A stretch of DNA of 64,000 nucleotides from an uncultured Actinomycetota bacterium (GTDB lineage Bacteria > Actinomycetota > Actinomycetes > Propionibacteriales > Nocardioidaceae). The DNA lies in assembly GCA_963786415.1 (NCBI GenBank), contig CAWAZC010000003.1:535720-599719 (forward strand). The letters run 5' to 3'. Below the pieces are notes generated by a model. The model saw only the letters and a program-made list of their open reading frames with translations, did no database searches and had not been told where the DNA came from. Below, piece after piece: positions 35,880-45,896 of the stretch. The first letter of the stretch is position 1; every line of letters begins with the position of its first letter. The translations under genes and the position numbers were made by a program.

Positions 35880-36836
35880 ATGGCAACACGCAGCGCAACG
35901 CTGGGGACGCGGGAAATCGAGGGCCGCGACAGTGTCGGCCTCTACCTCGACGAGATCGCGCGCAACCCCTTGCTCGACGCTGCGCAGGAAGTCGAGCTGT
36001 CCAAGACGATCGAGGCCGGCCTGATGGCCGAGTACCTCCTGGCCACGGGCCGAGTGGCCCGCGCCAAGGGCGGCGCCCCGATGCGGGCGTCCCGCGAGGA
36101 GCTGGAGTGGCTGGCCGAGCAGGGCCGGGAGGCGGTGGACACCTTCATCACCGCCAATCTGCGGCTCGTGGTGTCGATCGCCCGCAAGTACGGCCGTGCC
36201 CAGATGCCGATGCTCGACCTGATCCAGGAGGGCAACACCGGCCTGATCCGGGCGGTCGAGAAGTTCGACTACACCAAGGGCTACAAGTTCTCCACCTACG
36301 CCACCTGGTGGGTGCGCCAGGCGATCACCCGCGGCATCGCCCAGCAGGCCCGGGTCGTCCGGCTGCCGGTCCACGTCGTCGAGGAGCTCAACCAGGTCGG
36401 CGGTGCCCGCCGCACCCTCGAGCGCCAGCTGGGCCGCGATCCCGAGCCGCAGGAGATCGCCGCCGAGCTCGACATGGACATCGACCGGGTGCTCGACCTG
36501 ATGGCGTGGGGCCGCGAGCACGTCAGCCTCGACACCCCCGTCGACGAGGACGGCGACACCTCCCTGGGCGACCTGATGGCCCAGGAGACGCTGCCCGGCC
36601 CGGACCTGACGGTGCTCGACATCGAGGCGCGTGACCGGCTCAACACCCTGGTCGAGCTGCTCGACGATCGGTCCGCCGACATCATCCGGTCCCGCTACGG
36701 GCTGGTCGACGGCCGCCAGCACAAGCTGGCCGACATCGGCGCCAAGCACGGCATCTCGGCCGAGCGGGTGCGCCAGCTGGAGCGCGAGGCGCTGCACAAG
36801 CTGCGTCGCCTCGGCGACCCCGACCTGGCGGCCTGA
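35880..36836 (+). CDS. Group 2 sigma-70 factor (HrdD/SigB-like)
   Basis: [40 protein letters not shown]; no long region 1.1. Confidence 0.92.
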   Translation: MATRSATLGTREIEGRDSVGLYLDEIARNPLLDAAQEVELSKTIEAGLMAEYLLATGRVARAKGGAPMRASREELEWLAEQGREAVDTFITANLRLVVSIARKYGRAQMPMLDLIQEGNTGLIRAVEKFDYTKGYKFSTYATWWVRQAITRGIAQQARVVRLPVHVVEELNQVGGARRTLERQLGRDPEPQEIAAELDMDIDRVLDLMAWGREHVSLDTPVDEDGDTSLGDLMAQETLPGPDLTVLDIEARDRLNTLVELLDDRSADIIRSRYGLVDGRQHKLADIGAKHGISAERVRQLEREALHKLRRLGDPDLAA

Positions 36837-36863
36837 CGCCCCTCGGCCCCGGCCGGTCGAGCC

Positions 36864-37937
36864 CTACGGGTCGAGGCGGTAGAACCGCCAGAAGTCGTGC
36901 TCGATCGGCAGCACGGTGCACGAACCGAAGCCGGCCCCGGTCGCGTACGCGCGCACGGTCCCCTCGCGGATCACCGTGCCGGTGCCGGCGGAGTCGGCTT
37001 CGGTCATCGCGGCGGCGAGGCAGTGCAGGGCACTCCAGCCGTAGTTGAACCGCTCCATCTCGTCCCCGGGGGCGGCGAAACGGTCGGCCACCTTCTCGTC
37101 GCCGACGAGCACGGCGCCGTCCGGCGTCAGCATCGCCCGCGCCGCGGCGAGCGCCTGCACCGGGTGCGCCATGTCGTGCAAGGTCTCGAAGAGTGTCACC
37201 AGGTCGAAGGATCCGGCCAGCGCCGGGTCGGCAGCGTCGCGGCACTCGAAGGACACATCGACATCGCCCGCCGAGGCCCGGGCCGCCTCGATCGACGCCG
37301 GGTCGAGGTCGAGCCCGAGGACCTCCGCCCGCGGGTAGGCGCGGGCCAGGGCCAGCGTGGAGGCGCCCTCCCCGCAGCCGAGGTCGGCGATCCGGCCGCC
37401 GCTGCCCAGTCGTTCGTGCAGGTCCGGCAGCGCGGGGATCCACTCGGCCAGCTGGTTCACGAACGACGGCCGGTTGATGTCGGCGATTCCCCGCCGGATG
37501 TCCTCCCCGTAGGCGTCGTACGGCACGCCGCCTCCGGAGCGGAACGCCTCCAGCACGGCCGGGAGGGCCTTCGCGACGCCCACGACCATCGGCGCCAGCG
37601 GAGCCACCAGGGCCAGGCTGTCGGGCCGGCAGACCACCTCCGCGACCCCGTCGGGGAGCCGGAAGGTGCGGGTTGCGGCGTCGCCGGTCTCCTCGTCGAC
37701 GTCGATGATGCCCGCGGCGGCCTGCTGCTCGAGCCACTCCCGCGCGTAGCGGGGATGGATGCCGGCGCGGCCCGCGAAGTCGTCGGCCGTCATGGCGGGC
37801 GCACCGTCGAGTGCTTCGTAGAGGCCGAGCTCGCGGCCGACGTACACGTGCAGGGTCTCCAGGGCGCCGATGACCGAGGAGAACAGCTGTTCGGCGACCG
37901 CGTCCCGACGCGCGTCCGCCTGAGGAGTCGACGTCAT
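36864..37937 (-). CDS. Class I SAM-dependent methyltransferase with N-terminal winged helix
   Basis: RYAREWLEQQA, IADLGCGEG, FETLHDM. Confidence 0.85.
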   Translation of the reverse strand: MTSTPQADARRDAVAEQLFSSVIGALETLHVYVGRELGLYEALDGAPAMTADDFAGRAGIHPRYAREWLEQQAAAGIIDVDEETGDAATRTFRLPDGVAEVVCRPDSLALVAPLAPMVVGVAKALPAVLEAFRSGGGVPYDAYGEDIRRGIADINRPSFVNQLAEWIPALPDLHERLGSGGRIADLGCGEGASTLALARAYPRAEVLGLDLDPASIEAARASAGDVDVSFECRDAADPALAGSFDLVTLFETLHDMAHPVQALAAARAMLTPDGAVLVGDEKVADRFAAPGDEMERFNYGWSALHCLAAAMTEADSAGTGTVIREGTVRAYATGAGFGSCTVLPIEHDFWRFYRLDP

Positions 37938-37986
37938 GAGGACAAGCATGTTCCTCAAGCCGGTCGGGCGGCACCACCCGGCCGGG

Positions 37987-39279
37987 TCATTCGCCGGCTG
38001 CGTCGAGGGCCGCGGCGGCGGCCTGGGCGTGCCTGGTGACGACGGCGGGAGCCGGCAGCGGTACGGCGTCCGCCTGCCGCTGCTGCCACAGTTGCAGCGC
38101 CACCACCCGGGCGGCCGCTTCCTCGACCCGTTCGCGCGGGATCACGCCGTTCTCGATCGCCTCGGTGACCACCTCGTGTGTGTTGCGGGTGTCGGGGGGC
38201 ATCAGCAGCAGGTCGGCACCGGCGTTGATGGCGTCGACGGCGGGCTTCCCCGGACGCATCACGGCACCCATGCCCATCGAGTCGGTGATCGCCACGCCCT
38301 CGAAGCCGAGCTCGTCGCGCAGGAGGTCGTACGCCTCCGGCGCCAGGCTGGTCGGGACGCCGGGGGCGAGCGCACGGGCGTCGAGGTGGCCGATCATGAT
38401 CGCGGGGGCCCCGGCATCGACCGCCGCCTCGAAGGGCGCCAGGTCCCGCTCTCGCAGGGTCTCCATCGAGGCGTCAAGCTTCGGCAGCACCTCGTGGCTG
38501 TCCGCGGTCACCGAGCCGTGTCCTGGAAAGTGCTTGGTCGTCGAGACCACCGCGGCCTCGTTGTACCCGGGCACGGCGGCCCCAATGGCGGCCGCGGCCG
38601 TCTTCGGATCCTCCGACGGCGACCGGGAGCCGATCGTCGGGTCGGCCGCGCCGATCGTGACGTCGGCGACGGGGGCGAACACCCAGGTGAAGCCCAGCAG
38701 CCGCAGCTCCATGGCGGTGGAGGCGGCGGCCTTCCGCACCACGGCATCGCCCTGGGGCGGACCGGCGGCGATCGCGTCACCCGCCTCCTGGAACGGCGGG
38801 AAGGTCGTGGCGACGCCGTCGAGGTGCGCGACCACGCCGCCCTCCTGGTCGACGCCGATCACCGGAGGGAAGCTGCGACCGTCCGCGGCGTGCGACTTCG
38901 TCACAGCCGCGGTCGTGGCCCGCACCTGGGCATCGTCGACGACGTTGTCCCCGCCCACCGACACGCCCGCCAGGTGCAGGTCGCGGACGAGATCCGCGGC
39001 CTCCTCGGGGGTGGTGCCGTAGTAGCGGCCGACGATGACCTGGCCGGCCAGCTGCGCCGGCTCCCAGCCGGCGACGAGCTTCCTCGCCTCCTCGAGCTCA
39101 GCCTGGGTGGGCCCCCAGCTCAGCGGCTCGTCAGGCGAGGCGGACTGCGGGGCCGAGGCCCGGGTCTCGGCCCCGGGTTGCTCGGCCGACGTCTCGGATC
39201 GGGATTGCGGCGTCGACTGGCATCCGGCCACGAGGGCCAGCACCAGGATCACGAGGAATGGGAGGATTCTGCGTCGCAT
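37987..39279 (-). CDS. nagZ: GH3 beta-N-acetylhexosaminidase lipoprotein (NagZ-like)
   Basis: VAGC lipobox, DQEGG, FAPVADV, KHFPGHGSVTADSH, ITDSMGM. Confidence 0.85.
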   Translation of the reverse strand: MRRRILPFLVILVLALVAGCQSTPQSRSETSAEQPGAETRASAPQSASPDEPLSWGPTQAELEEARKLVAGWEPAQLAGQVIVGRYYGTTPEEAADLVRDLHLAGVSVGGDNVVDDAQVRATTAAVTKSHAADGRSFPPVIGVDQEGGVVAHLDGVATTFPPFQEAGDAIAAGPPQGDAVVRKAAASTAMELRLLGFTWVFAPVADVTIGAADPTIGSRSPSEDPKTAAAAIGAAVPGYNEAAVVSTTKHFPGHGSVTADSHEVLPKLDASMETLRERDLAPFEAAVDAGAPAIMIGHLDARALAPGVPTSLAPEAYDLLRDELGFEGVAITDSMGMGAVMRPGKPAVDAINAGADLLLMPPDTRNTHEVVTEAIENGVIPRERVEEAAARVVALQLWQQRQADAVPLPAPAVVTRHAQAAAAALDAAGE

Positions 39280-39315
39280 CGCGGGCCACCGTACCGGGCG
39301 GCGTGCTGCGATCCG

Positions 39316-39900
39316 TCATCCGCAGAGCTCGCGATAGACGTCCGTCACACGGCGTCGGAGATCCTCGAGGGTGCCGGTGTTGTCGACCACATGGGTGGCG
39401 ATCGCCAGCCGTTCCTCCCGGGTCGCCTGGGCGGCCACCCGCGCTTCGGCGTCCTCCCGTGTCATCCCCCGCAGGTCGACCATCCGCTCCACCTGCGTCT
39501 CTGTGGGGACGTCGACCACGATCACCGCATCGAACCCGTCCGCCTGACCGGTCTCCGCCAGCAGCGGGATGTCGTGCACCACCACGTCGTCCGGGCCCGC
39601 AGATGCCTCGATCTCTGCTCCGCGCGCCCTCACCCGCGGATGGATGATGGCCTCCAGGACCCGCCTCTTCTCGGCATCGGCGAAGACAATCGCACCCATC
39701 GCCGGCCGGTCCAGGTCCCCCTCGTCGGTGAGCATTTCCGGCCCGAATGCCTCGACCACCTCCTGCAACCCGTCGGTGCCGGGCGCGACCGCCTCGCGCG
39801 CCAGGACGTCGGCATCGACCACCACGGCGCCCAGCTCGTCGAGGATGGCCGAGACAGCGCTCTTGCCGGATGCGACGCCACCGGTCAGGCCGACCCGCAT
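39316..39900 (-). CDS. coaE: Dephospho-CoA kinase
   Basis: VGLTGGVASGKS, DADVLAR, IIHPRV, DIPLL. Confidence 0.95.
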   Translation of the reverse strand: MRVGLTGGVASGKSAVSAILDELGAVVVDADVLAREAVAPGTDGLQEVVEAFGPEMLTDEGDLDRPAMGAIVFADAEKRRVLEAIIHPRVRARGAEIEASAGPDDVVVHDIPLLAETGQADGFDAVIVVDVPTETQVERMVDLRGMTREDAEARVAAQATREERLAIATHVVDNTGTLEDLRRRVTDVYRELCG

Positions 39901-40391
39901 CACGGGTTGCCGGCCAGTTCGCTGGTCCTGCCCTCGACGAGCGCTGCCCGGACGGCGAGAGCGACGCTGTCGCGTTCCGTCGTCGGCAGCCACCGGGCTT
40001 CGTCGTCAGCCAGGTAGGCGAAGACTTTCGGGCCGCGCACATCCTCAGGATGGTTCGGCATCCGTGGAACCAGATGGAGGTGGAGGTGCGAGAACCCCTC
40101 GGCCTCGGAGAACTGCATGAGGTAGGTCTTCACGCACCCGGTCACGGTCTCGAGTGCTGCGCTGAGCCGACGGACGAGCCCACCGAGCTCGTCGGCCGCC
40201 GCCGCCGTCAGCTGCGTGAACGACGTGACGTGACGCGTGGGCAGCAGGACGAGCCACCCTGGAAGCGTGCTGTTGAACGCATGGGCCACCCGCCAGTGCT
40301 CGGTGTGCAAGACGTCGTCACGCGGCGGCAGGGCGAGCCCGCCCTGCTGCTCGCAGGCGAAGCATCCGGCCAGGAAATCGTCGGTCTCCAC
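39900..40391 (-). CDS. HIT family protein
   Basis: CFAC, PGWLVLLPTRH, HLHLHLVPR. Confidence 0.88.
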   Translation of the reverse strand: METDDFLAGCFACEQQGGLALPPRDDVLHTEHWRVAHAFNSTLPGWLVLLPTRHVTSFTQLTAAAADELGGLVRRLSAALETVTGCVKTYLMQFSEAEGFSHLHLHLVPRMPNHPEDVRGPKVFAYLADDEARWLPTTERDSVALAVRAALVEGRTSELAGNP

Positions 40392-40472
40392 CCACGCACT
40401 CTAGGGCCCCAAAAAGCGGACTCCTGGCCCGGAGTTCTCCCGCCGGGCCTCCGAGGGCGCATACTGGCAGTA

Positions 40473-40691
40473 ATGACACCCTCGCCCGCACGACGGCGAC
40501 ATCTCGCCAGCAGCCCGTTCCAGCCCCGCACCGAACCCGTGATCGAGCAGTTCGAACGCGGTGACCTGGTCTCCCACGACTCCTATGGCATGGGTCGCGT
40601 CGTCTCGGTCGAAGCGGATGCGGTGACGGTCGACTTCGGCTCACAGAAGCTGCGCATCACGAGCCCCTTCCAGAAGATGTCGAAGCTCTAG
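40473..40691 (+). CDS. 72-aa protein with a Tudor-like motif
   Basis: FERGDLVSHDSYGMGRVVSVEADAVTVDFG; CATACT -10-like hexamer 7 nt upstream. Confidence 0.75.
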   Translation: MTPSPARRRHLASSPFQPRTEPVIEQFERGDLVSHDSYGMGRVVSVEADAVTVDFGSQKLRITSPFQKMSKL

Positions 40692-40722
40692 CCCAGGATT
40701 GCCGGCGGGTAGCGTCGCGCAG

Positions 40723-41982
40723 GTGAGTGAGCGCGTCGACCTGCTCCCCGGTGACCGGGTCGCCCTGTTGCAGCCCGGCACGCCGTCGTACGTCGACCTG
40801 GTGATCGGGCTGCTCTCGGCCGGGATCTTCCCGGTCCCTCTTGACCCGCGGCTCACGGCCTCCGAGCGGGACCGGATTCTCACCGACGTCGACGCACGGC
40901 ATGTGGTCGACACCCCGGAGCGTCTCGACTCGCTGCTGGCCCACGTTCCTGAGCAGGCGCGCCGCGGACTCCCGCTCGGACGGCCGATGCACGTCACCAG
41001 CGGCACCACCGGCCGCCCGAAACCGGTGGACTCCGGCACGCTGACCCGGGACGAGGCCCAGGCGCTGCTGTCCGAGGAGAGGGACCTGTGGGGATTCGTC
41101 GAGGACGACGTGAACCTCGTCGTCAGCCCGCTGCACCACTCCGCGCCGCTGCGGTTCGCGACGGGCACCCTGCTCGCGGGTGGCCGGATCGTGGTGGCGG
41201 GCACCTTCGACCCGGTCGCGATCACCGAGATGATCGAGACCGAGCGTCCCACGTCGATGTTCTGCGTCCCGACCCACCTGCAGCGGCTGTTCGCGTGCTG
41301 GGACCGGTCTGTCACGCCCGACCTGTCGAGCTTCCGTCTGGTCGCGCACGCCGGCGCCCCCTGTCCGCCCGCAGTGAAGCGGCGGTTGGTGGAGGTCTTC
41401 CCCGAGGGATCCACCTGGGAGTTCTACGGAGCCACCGAGGGCCAGTTCACCGCTTGCCGCAGCGAGGAGTGGCGGGAGCACCCCGGCACCGTCGGCCGCG
41501 CACGGCCGGGTCGGTCGCTGTCCGTGGACGACGACGGCACGATCTGGTGCACGGTGCCCGACCACGCGCGTTTCACCTACTTCGGCGACCCGGACAAGAC
41601 CACGGCGGCCTGGCGCAACACACCGGAGGGACGGGCGTTCACGGTCGGCGACGTCGGGCGGATCGACGACCAGGGCTACCTCTACCTCGACGGCCGAGGC
41701 ACCGACCTGATCATCACCGGCGGCGTGAACGTCTACCCGCTCGAGGTGGAGAACGCGCTGCGCGAGCTCCCGGGGGTGGAGGACGTCGCGGTCTTCGGCG
41801 TCCCGGACGACGACTGGGGGCATCGGGTGTGCGCCGCGGTGGTCGGGTCGGCGGACGAGGCCGAGCTGGCGGCGTTCGCTCGCGAGCGGCTCTCCCCGCC
41901 CAAGCGGCCCAAGTCCTGGACCTTTCTCGACGACCTGCCCCGCACTCCGACCGGGAAGGTACGCCGCGACGAGCTCGCCTAG
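40723..41982 (+). CDS. AMP-binding acyl-CoA synthetase family protein
   Basis: TSGTTGRPK, YGATEG, GDVG, IITGGVNVYPLEVE, PRTPTGK. Confidence 0.9.
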   Translation: MSERVDLLPGDRVALLQPGTPSYVDLVIGLLSAGIFPVPLDPRLTASERDRILTDVDARHVVDTPERLDSLLAHVPEQARRGLPLGRPMHVTSGTTGRPKPVDSGTLTRDEAQALLSEERDLWGFVEDDVNLVVSPLHHSAPLRFATGTLLAGGRIVVAGTFDPVAITEMIETERPTSMFCVPTHLQRLFACWDRSVTPDLSSFRLVAHAGAPCPPAVKRRLVEVFPEGSTWEFYGATEGQFTACRSEEWREHPGTVGRARPGRSLSVDDDGTIWCTVPDHARFTYFGDPDKTTAAWRNTPEGRAFTVGDVGRIDDQGYLYLDGRGTDLIITGGVNVYPLEVENALRELPGVEDVAVFGVPDDDWGHRVCAAVVGSADEAELAAFARERLSPPKRPKSWTFLDDLPRTPTGKVRRDELA

Positions 41983-42935
41983 GAAGCTCGCTCGCCGGTG
42001 AACGTGCGCCGGTACTGCTGCGGGCTGACGCCGCGGGCGCGGGAGAAGTGGTGGCGCATCGCTGCGGGGTTGCCGAAGCCCACCTCGCTGGCGATCCAGT
42101 CGACCGGGTGGTCGGTGAGCTCGAGGTACTCCTCGGCGGCCTGCACCCGCTGCGCGATCACCCAGCTGTGCGGCGTGGTGCCGGTCTCCGCGCGGAACCG
42201 GCGGGCGAACGTGCGCGGCGACATGTGGCTGCGCCGCGCGAGCTCCTCGACGCTGAGGTCCTCTCCGAGGTTCTCGGTGATCCAGGTGAGCAACGGGCCG
42301 AGCGTCTCGGCGTCGCAGTCGGGTACGGCGCGCGCGATGAACTGCGCCTGCCCGCCCGACCGGTGCGGCGGGACCACCATCCGCCGAGCGGCAGCGGCCG
42401 CCACCCGCGCGCCGAACTGCTGGCGCATCAGGTGCAGCGAGGCGTCGAGCCCGGCCGCCGAGCCGGCGCCGGTCACGATCGTGCCGTCCTGGACGTAGAG
42501 CACGTCCTCGTCCACCAGCGCCTCCGGGAACCGCTTGACGAACTCGTCGACGTGGCGCCAGTGGGTGGTGCAGCGACGTCCGTCCAGCAACCCGGCCTCG
42601 CCGAGGACGAAGGCCGCGGTGCAGTGGGCCAGGACGAAGGCGCCCCGGTCGTGGGCCGCCACCACGGCCGCCGCCACTTCTGGCGACGCCTTGAGGTGGT
42701 CGCGCTTCGGGGCGACGCAGACCAGGTCGGCGTCGGTGGCGGCGTCCAGCCCGTGCTCGACGTGGAGGTCGTAGCCCGAGGACCCGCGGACCCGGCCCGG
42801 ATGTGGGGTGGCGACCACGAAGTCGAAGACCGGGTTGTCGTCCTCGGGGTGATAGGGCTCGGACCACACCTCACACATCGCGCCGAGGCCGAACGGCTCG
42901 ACGCCGTCCTGGACGAGTACGGCGACCTTGTGCAT
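41979..42935 (-). CDS. GlxA/FtrA-type AraC regulator (DJ-1/PfpI plus HTH)
   Basis: CTAAFVLGEAGLLDGRRCTTHW, RSGGQAQF, MSPRTFARRF. Confidence 0.9.
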   Translation of the reverse strand: MHKVAVLVQDGVEPFGLGAMCEVWSEPYHPEDDNPVFDFVVATPHPGRVRGSSGYDLHVEHGLDAATDADLVCVAPKRDHLKASPEVAAAVVAAHDRGAFVLAHCTAAFVLGEAGLLDGRRCTTHWRHVDEFVKRFPEALVDEDVLYVQDGTIVTGAGSAAGLDASLHLMRQQFGARVAAAAARRMVVPPHRSGGQAQFIARAVPDCDAETLGPLLTWITENLGEDLSVEELARRSHMSPRTFARRFRAETGTTPHSWVIAQRVQAAEEYLELTDHPVDWIASEVGFGNPAAMRHHFSRARGVSPQQYRRTFTGERAS

Positions 42936-43016
42936 GGGACGATCCTCCCCCACGTCTGGCAGAAAATCAACGCAGGTTGTCATTCCTGCCACTAGTGGCG
43001 GGAACTCGACGGAGGC

Positions 43017-43175
43017 ATGATTACTGCCATGACCTACTTGATCGTGTTCCTGCTGATCGCGGCGGCACTGAGTGCCGAGACCATTCGCCTGCTCTTCCAC
43101 GACGGCCGCGGTCCGCAGCGGCCGCCCCGCTCCCACTTCGACGACCCGCGGTTCCGGTCCCCCGTGGCCCGCTGA
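43017..43175 (+). CDS. 52-aa membrane-anchored small protein divergent from the AraC regulator (alternative start 43029)
   Basis: Hand translation MITAMTYLIVFLLIAAALSAETIRLLFHDGRGPQRPPRSHFDDPRFRSPVAR; GGAGG upstream. Confidence 0.6.
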   Translation: MITAMTYLIVFLLIAAALSAETIRLLFHDGRGPQRPPRSHFDDPRFRSPVAR

Positions 43176-43201
43176 CCCGCCCGCCAGATTCACCGGAAAT
43201 G

Positions 43202-43235
43202 ACACCGACCCGCCTGGGGGCAGGCGGGTCGGTGT
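43202..43235. terminator. Bidirectional terminator downstream of rpsA
   Basis: ACACCGACCCGCCTG-GGGG-CAGGCGGGTCGGTGT, 15-bp perfect stem. Confidence 0.8.
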
Positions 43236-43248
43236 TGTGGTCCGGTGA

Positions 43249-44754
43249 CTAGCTGTCGCCGCCGGTGAGCTTCTCGCGGAGCGCCTGCAGCGCCTCGTCG
43301 GAGGCCAGCGAGCCGGAGCCGTTGCCGGCGTCCTCACCCTGCTCGGGCTGCTCCTCGCTCCCGGAGGAGTACGACGTGGCCTCGCCGGCGTCGACCTCTG
43401 CCTTCGCCGCGTCGGACTGCTGCTTGACGTGGGCCTCCCAGCGAGCGTGCGCCTTGGCGTACTGCTCCTCCCAGACCGCACGCTGCTCGTCGAAGCCCTC
43501 GAGCCACTCGCCGGTCTCGGGGTCGAAGCCCTCGGGGTAGACGTAGTTGCCCTGCTCGTCGTAGGTCGCCGCCATGCCGTACATGGTCGGGTCGAACTCA
43601 TCGACGTCGGAGGCGGTTGCGGTCTCGTTGGCCTGCTTGAGGGACAGCGAGATCCGGCGACGCTCGAGGTCGATGTCGATGATCTTGACCATCACGTCGT
43701 CGTTGACCTGCACGACCTGCTCGGGGATCTCCACGTGGCGCTCGGCCAGCTCGGAGATGTGCACGAGGCCCTCGATGCCCTCCTCGACGCGGACGAACGA
43801 GCCGAACGGCACCAGCTTGGTGACCTTGCCGGGCACGATCTGGCCGATCTGGTGGGTGCGGGCGAAGTGCTGCCAGGGGTCCTCCTGCGTCGCCTTCAAC
43901 GACAGGGAGACACGCTCGCGGTCCATGTCGACGTCGAGCACCTCGACGGTGACCTCGTCGCCGACGGTGACGACCTCGGACGGGTGGTCGATGTGCTTCC
44001 AGGACAGCTCGGAGACGTGGACGAGGCCGTCGACCCCGCCGAGGTCCACGAACGCACCGAAGTTCACGATCGAGGAGACGACACCCTTGCGGATCTGGCC
44101 CTTCTGGAGCTGGGTCAGGAAGCCGTGGCGCACCTCGGACTGGGTCTGCTCGAGCCAGGCGCGGCGCGACAGGACCACGTTGTTGCGGTTCTTGTCGAGC
44201 TCGATGATCTTGGCCTCGAGGGTCTGGCCGACGTACGGCTGCAGGTCGCGCACGCGGCGCATCTCGACGAGCGAGGCGGGCAGGAAGCCGCGCAGGCCGA
44301 TGTCGAGGATCAGGCCGCCCTTGACGACCTCGATGACGGTGCCCTCGACGACGCCGTCCTCCTCCTTGACCTGCTCGATGGTGCCCCAGGCGCGCTCGTA
44401 CTGGGCGCGCTTCTTGGACAGGATCAGGCGGCCTTCCTTGTCCTCCTTCTGAAGGACGAGGGCCTCGACCTTGTCGCCGACGACGACGACCTCGTTGGGG
44501 TCGATGTCGTGCTTGATCGACAGCTCGCGCGAGGGGATGACGCCCTCGGTCTTGTAGCCGATGTCGAGCAGGACCTCGTCCCGGTCGACCTTGACGATGG
44601 TGCCATCCACGATGTCACCGTCGTTGAAGTACTTGATGGTCTCGTCGATCGCGGCGAGGAAGTCCTCTTCCGAACCGATGTCGTTGACCGCCACCTGGGG
44701 CGCGTCGCCCTGTTCATCGGAGTGGGCCGGAAGAGTGAAGGTGCTGCTCGTCAT
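43249..44754 (-). CDS. rpsA: 30S ribosomal protein S1
   Basis: QVAVNDIGSEEDFLAAID, four S1 repeats, LASDEALQALREKL. Confidence 0.97.
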   Translation of the reverse strand: MTSSTFTLPAHSDEQGDAPQVAVNDIGSEEDFLAAIDETIKYFNDGDIVDGTIVKVDRDEVLLDIGYKTEGVIPSRELSIKHDIDPNEVVVVGDKVEALVLQKEDKEGRLILSKKRAQYERAWGTIEQVKEEDGVVEGTVIEVVKGGLILDIGLRGFLPASLVEMRRVRDLQPYVGQTLEAKIIELDKNRNNVVLSRRAWLEQTQSEVRHGFLTQLQKGQIRKGVVSSIVNFGAFVDLGGVDGLVHVSELSWKHIDHPSEVVTVGDEVTVEVLDVDMDRERVSLSLKATQEDPWQHFARTHQIGQIVPGKVTKLVPFGSFVRVEEGIEGLVHISELAERHVEIPEQVVQVNDDVMVKIIDIDLERRRISLSLKQANETATASDVDEFDPTMYGMAATYDEQGNYVYPEGFDPETGEWLEGFDEQRAVWEEQYAKAHARWEAHVKQQSDAAKAEVDAGEATSYSSGSEEQPEQGEDAGNGSGSLASDEALQALREKLTGGDS

Positions 44755-44948
44755 ATGGGAAGTGATTCCTTGGGTGGTCAGATGTCGTTCGGGCGCGCGT
44801 TGAAGCCGGTTTCACTACCGATGGTGATGTCCGCTGGTGCTCCGGACTGATAGCGAGCTCTGTGTCCGCTCCGTCCGGGACGCAGGCAGACTCCAGGCGC
44901 AGTCAACAAGGGTACGCCGCCCGTCACGACGACGTCCAACCGGCGGCG

Positions 44949-45839
44949 TCACCCGGTGGCGGCGGGGTCCCGCGCGCGGGCGATGGCGAGCAGCAAGTCG
45001 TGCGCCCGGTCGGCGACCGGGTTCTGCCCGCGCCGGGCCGCCAGGTCGACGAGGGCCCACAGGTCGGCGGCGCGGGCGAGGGCGAGCGCCTCCCCGGGGG
45101 CACCACCGTGCCGGGCGACGTACGCATCCAGCACCGCCTCGACGAACGCGGGTTGCCGGTCGAAGCGCAGCAGGTTGCCGAGGTCGGTGTAGGGGTGCCC
45201 GGCGTGGGCGAACTCCCAGTCGAGGAGTCCGGTGACCTCCAGCGTGTCCGGGTCGACGAGCAGGTTCTTGGGGTTGACGTCGCTGTGGACGAGGCAGAAG
45301 CGGCCGACGGTGTCGAGCAGCGCCTGGGCGTCGACGGCCACCTCGCGCAACCCCTCCAGGGCGACAGGTGACCAGTGCGAGAGCGCCTCCTCGTGACAAG
45401 TCACGAAGGCGGGCAGCCCGTCGACATCGGGGGCGAAGGAGCCGACCGTGAGGTCACCGTCGACGAACGGACCGGCCCTCAGCATCGGCATCCCGGCCAG
45501 GTCGGCAAGGATCCGCCCCAGCCGTGCCCCGAGCTCGGCCAGCTGCGCGCCGTCCAGCTCGGGGAGCAGCCGGTCTGCGCGCACGCCGGGCAGGAACGAC
45601 GTGACCAGCAGGGCCGGCAGGCCGGCGGCCGGGTCGGCGCGGCGGACTTCCAGTACCTCAGGTACCGGGACCAGTCCCCGGACCAGCCGGAGCAGCGCGG
45701 CGTCGACGTCGTGGGCGTTCTCTCCCCGGTGGGACGAGCCGGCGTAGATCCGGACGACGCTGCGCTCCCCCGCCACCTCGGCGACGAAGGTCTCCCCCGA
45801 CCACCCGCCTTCGAGAGGGGTCAGCGCGGTCAGGTCCAT
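44949..45839 (-). CDS. Aminoglycoside phosphotransferase (APH)-like kinase
   Basis: LEGGWSG, LVHSDVNPKNLL, LLDWEFA. Confidence 0.85.
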   Translation of the reverse strand: MDLTALTPLEGGWSGETFVAEVAGERSVVRIYAGSSHRGENAHDVDAALLRLVRGLVPVPEVLEVRRADPAAGLPALLVTSFLPGVRADRLLPELDGAQLAELGARLGRILADLAGMPMLRAGPFVDGDLTVGSFAPDVDGLPAFVTCHEEALSHWSPVALEGLREVAVDAQALLDTVGRFCLVHSDVNPKNLLVDPDTLEVTGLLDWEFAHAGHPYTDLGNLLRFDRQPAFVEAVLDAYVARHGGAPGEALALARAADLWALVDLAARRGQNPVADRAHDLLLAIARARDPAATG

Positions 45840-45896
45840 GCCCGCATTCTCGGAGGTCAGTCCCGGCAAGGCCAGTCGCGAAGTAGTCTCCGCAAC

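Noticed and set aside
44949-45839. APH-like gene as an antibiotic resistance determinant
   Set aside because: Only generic kinase-fold motifs in a core-genome context; substrate cannot be inferred.
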